Assembly: GCA_001643675.2 (NCBI GenBank) | Contig: LSRY02000029.1 | Location: 930,001 to 994,000 of the forward strand | From: Monocercomonoides exilis PA203 | Lineage: Eukaryota > Protista > Preaxostyla | Length of the DNA: 64,000 nucleotides | Reading direction: 5' to 3' | In this document: positions 61,309 to 64,000 of the stretch, in pieces | Numbering within the stretch: the first letter of the stretch is position 1 | How the letters are laid out: the number at the start of each line of letters is the position of its first letter | Notes under the pieces: generated by a model | Database searches by the model: none | Told to the model about the DNA's origin: nothing | What the model saw: only the letters and a program-made list of their open reading frames with translations | Made by a program: the position numbers and the translations under genes

Positions 61309-62207
61309 ATTATTTAGAAAAAAAATTAATAAATGTGAAAGACAAAAAATATAAAGAAAAAAAAAAAGAAGAAATATGAAAGAAATTAGTTTTGATAGAT
61401 GTGAAAGAAACGTGAAATAGTTCATGTTTTTAGCAGTCGCATCTTCGTTGTGTATTTATTTGCTTTTCATTGTATTTAATTAGGATGTTTTTATTTTTAA
61501 TGATATTCTTCCAGGCTTTTATTGGAACATACAACTTTGATTTAGTTATTTTATTATTAACGCTCTCTTTTCAGTGTTATAATAATCTTTTCTTTACTAT
61601 TTAATTTGCTTTATCCTTTTTTATTTTAACTGACATTTATGAACGTGATCAGCTTGATCATTCCTTTTTTATTTATTTGAGCAACATCTTCAAAAGTTGT
61701 TTTGCTTTACAGATATTTTTCTTTGATTTTTCTTTTATTTATCTTTTTTTCAGTTCATTTTTCCAAACCGCGTTTTATTTTCAGTTTTTATTCTTTTGCT
61801 TTTGGATCTCCAAATTCATTAAAGAATATGTCATTCACCATCGCCGTATCAGTTAAAATTACTTGAAAAACCGATTTTTCTTTGTTGGTTGTTTGATGTT
61901 AGCAGTTTCGAAGTGAAGAATAAAAAAAATTGTCTACATACAAAATATGGAGAATGTAACATAAAAGCTAAGAGCCAAACACAAACATCCAAAGAAATGA
62001 AAATAAAATAAGAATTCTTCTTTTGCTAAAAAGATATGGAATAAGCTATTTAATAAGCTTTTTGTGTACGAAGCAACATTCTATCAATCAATTGATGTTG
62101 CAAAAATTAATTATTACAAAAAAAAAAGGTTATAAAAATTTCATGTGAGATTATAAACACTCAGGAAAGAGATGAATGACATAAATGCTATAGTTAATGA
62201 ACTTTTG

Positions 62208-63892
62208 TCACTGAAGAGGGAAAATCTTGTTGAGAATTGCATACCACGCCACAAACACCGGAAAGACGAGGAAAAACGACTGCAGCACGATTGACAGAGT
62301 AATCTCGCCTGAAAGCATGTTGAACTCCTTCGAAAGGGCAAATGTCACAACAGACAGAGGAAGTGCATTGATAAGCACAGCAGCGTGCTGCTGGTCTGTG
62401 CGGAGGGAGAGAGGAGAAGAGATGTTTGAAGGGGAGAAGACTGGAATAAGGATGATTGCCAGCATCACAAGGGGAGATATCACAAAGCGGATGAGGGCGA
62501 ATAGGATGACGAGGGGGATGTTGATGTGAGGACGAGGCGAGGCAAATGAGGAGGAAGGAGAAGGAGAAGCAGGAGGAGGAGAAGAAGAAGATGATGATGA
62601 TGAAAATGGAGAAGAAAGAGGAAATGAAGATATTGCTTTGACCGATGCAAAAGGGGAAGAAAGAGAAGATTCAGATTGTTCTGTGGTTGAAGATTGCATT
62701 TCTTGGTTGTGTTCATTTTCTTGTTCCACATGCACATTTTCATCGTTGCTTGCATCAGATATTTTATCGCTTGGAACATGAACGCTTTCCTTTTGACAAG
62801 AATCATCCTCAGAAGAGGAAAAAGATTCTTTTTCTCTATCATTGTTTTCTTGAATGCCCCAATTTCCATCATTTGGCTGAAATGTCATTTCTTCCATTTT
62901 GACATGGTTCATGTTGGAGCCCGCACTATGTGGCAAACGTTTTTTAAAGAAAGCTTTGACTTTTCCCCAATTTATCTTCAAAGCAGGAGCATGAGCACTT
63001 CCAAAACGAATTATCAATAAATGAAAAATAAGATTATATATATCAGCCAAATAAAAATAAATAAATCAAAAACCTGAATAGTCCAATGTTAAACATTACA
63101 ACTGAAAAGTTGCTCGAACTCGTTTGCTGAATAAAAGTCTTTAGCCAAAGTGGCTTTGTTATTCTGCAAAAATTCAGAATCAATCCAAGAAGCATGCCCC
63201 AAACAAGCATATTAGTAACAACACGGAAAATGACTTTTGGAACAAGTTTTAGAGCATCTATTGCATTAAAGTGGCCTTGCTTTGAAGGATTTTTTGCAAT
63301 TGTCTCTTTTTTCATCTTGTCAAATTCACAGATAAACAATGAAAAAGGGAAAATTCCAATGGAATCTGGAACCGCTGAGAGAACGCATAACAGTCCCATA
63401 TTGAATGAAGGATACATGCTAATAAGAAATGCACTGAACAATTTGAAATACAATCATCAATTTCAATATTAAAATGTAAATGAAACATAAAAACACAACA
63501 AACTTTCCATAGACAATATTATTCGAATAATTTGCATTCATCTGCAACATATTGTACACGCCCAGCGTGTATTTTTTAAGGAAAAATCCGGGTATAGCAA
63601 ATAGAAGAGCCATCACAGTTTTATGAATAAGAAAAGGAACTATAAATCGCAATTCTGAGACTTCAAAAAATCGTCTACCGCAAAAAGATTAGATAAGAAA
63701 AAGATGCATTTCAAACTGAGTTAATATAGAAGTTGCTGTCATTGGCAATGAAATCATCAAAGTATATCTATTAATTCCATCAACATGGTGAGGCAAAATA
63801 GTATCTGTAGTTCCAATTAACCATCCAAAGAAAAAAACAAGAAATGCAGGAACAAGAGCAATTTGTGCAACGTCAGCATAAGAGCCTGACAT
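62208..63892 (-). CDS. Auxin efflux carrier (AEC / PIN-like, Mem_trans) transporter; exons 63892-63717, 63674-63504, 63433-63074, 62997-62208
   Basis: The spliced product has GINRYTLMISLP, SNNIVYGNAFLISMY, TNMLVWGMLLGL, VMFNIGLF, IRFVISPLVM and AAVLINALPLSVVTFALSKEFNM. Three frame-preserving GT-AG introns of 42, 70 and 76 nt. Confidence 0.85.
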
Positions 63893-64000
63893 TGACTTTT
63901 TTGTGATAAAAAATTTGAATATGCATTAGATCAAATCGGGAAGTTGTGGGGCTAATAAAAAATGAACGATTCTTCTAAAATCTCCAAAAACACCACACGA

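Noticed and set aside
1-64000. CRISPR arrays, rRNA, tRNA, retroelement or viral genes
   Set aside because: No regularly spaced repeats, RNA-gene signatures, or RT, integrase or capsid motifs were recognised by eye.

Overview
AT-rich eukaryotic DNA with short GT-AG introns, read in the standard genetic code. The protein families and long Ser/Glu/Lys low-complexity tracts strongly resemble the oxymonad Monocercomonoides (inference). The left gene block (1-15.5 kb) holds a 5'-truncated protein with a dispersed BTB/BACK-like domain, a secreted beta-helix/Pmp-like protein, a large TRAPPC14/Trs65-like protein with two terminal exons missed by the ORF track, and a 5-exon ARL6/BBS3 arranged head-to-head with it. 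The right gene block (52.5-63.9 kb) holds a Kelch/Cys-rich membrane protein, a large foldback element, an A20/AN1 zinc-finger gene, a hypothetical gene and a 4-exon PIN/AEC-type transporter. Between them lies a ~36-kb island of nested DNA transposons with no recognisable intact host gene. It contains a pogo/Tigger transposase pseudogene whose TIRs may be 14.6 kb apart, and hAT-like and Merlin/MULE-like non-autonomous elements carrying host multigene-family cargo. The most striking structure is a train of four related TIR elements joined end-to-end by single ATAT tetramers (31806-51670); one encodes a decayed Sola2-like DDD transposase and the two large ones carry host-gene fragments. All family assignments come from motif recognition by eye, not from database searches.
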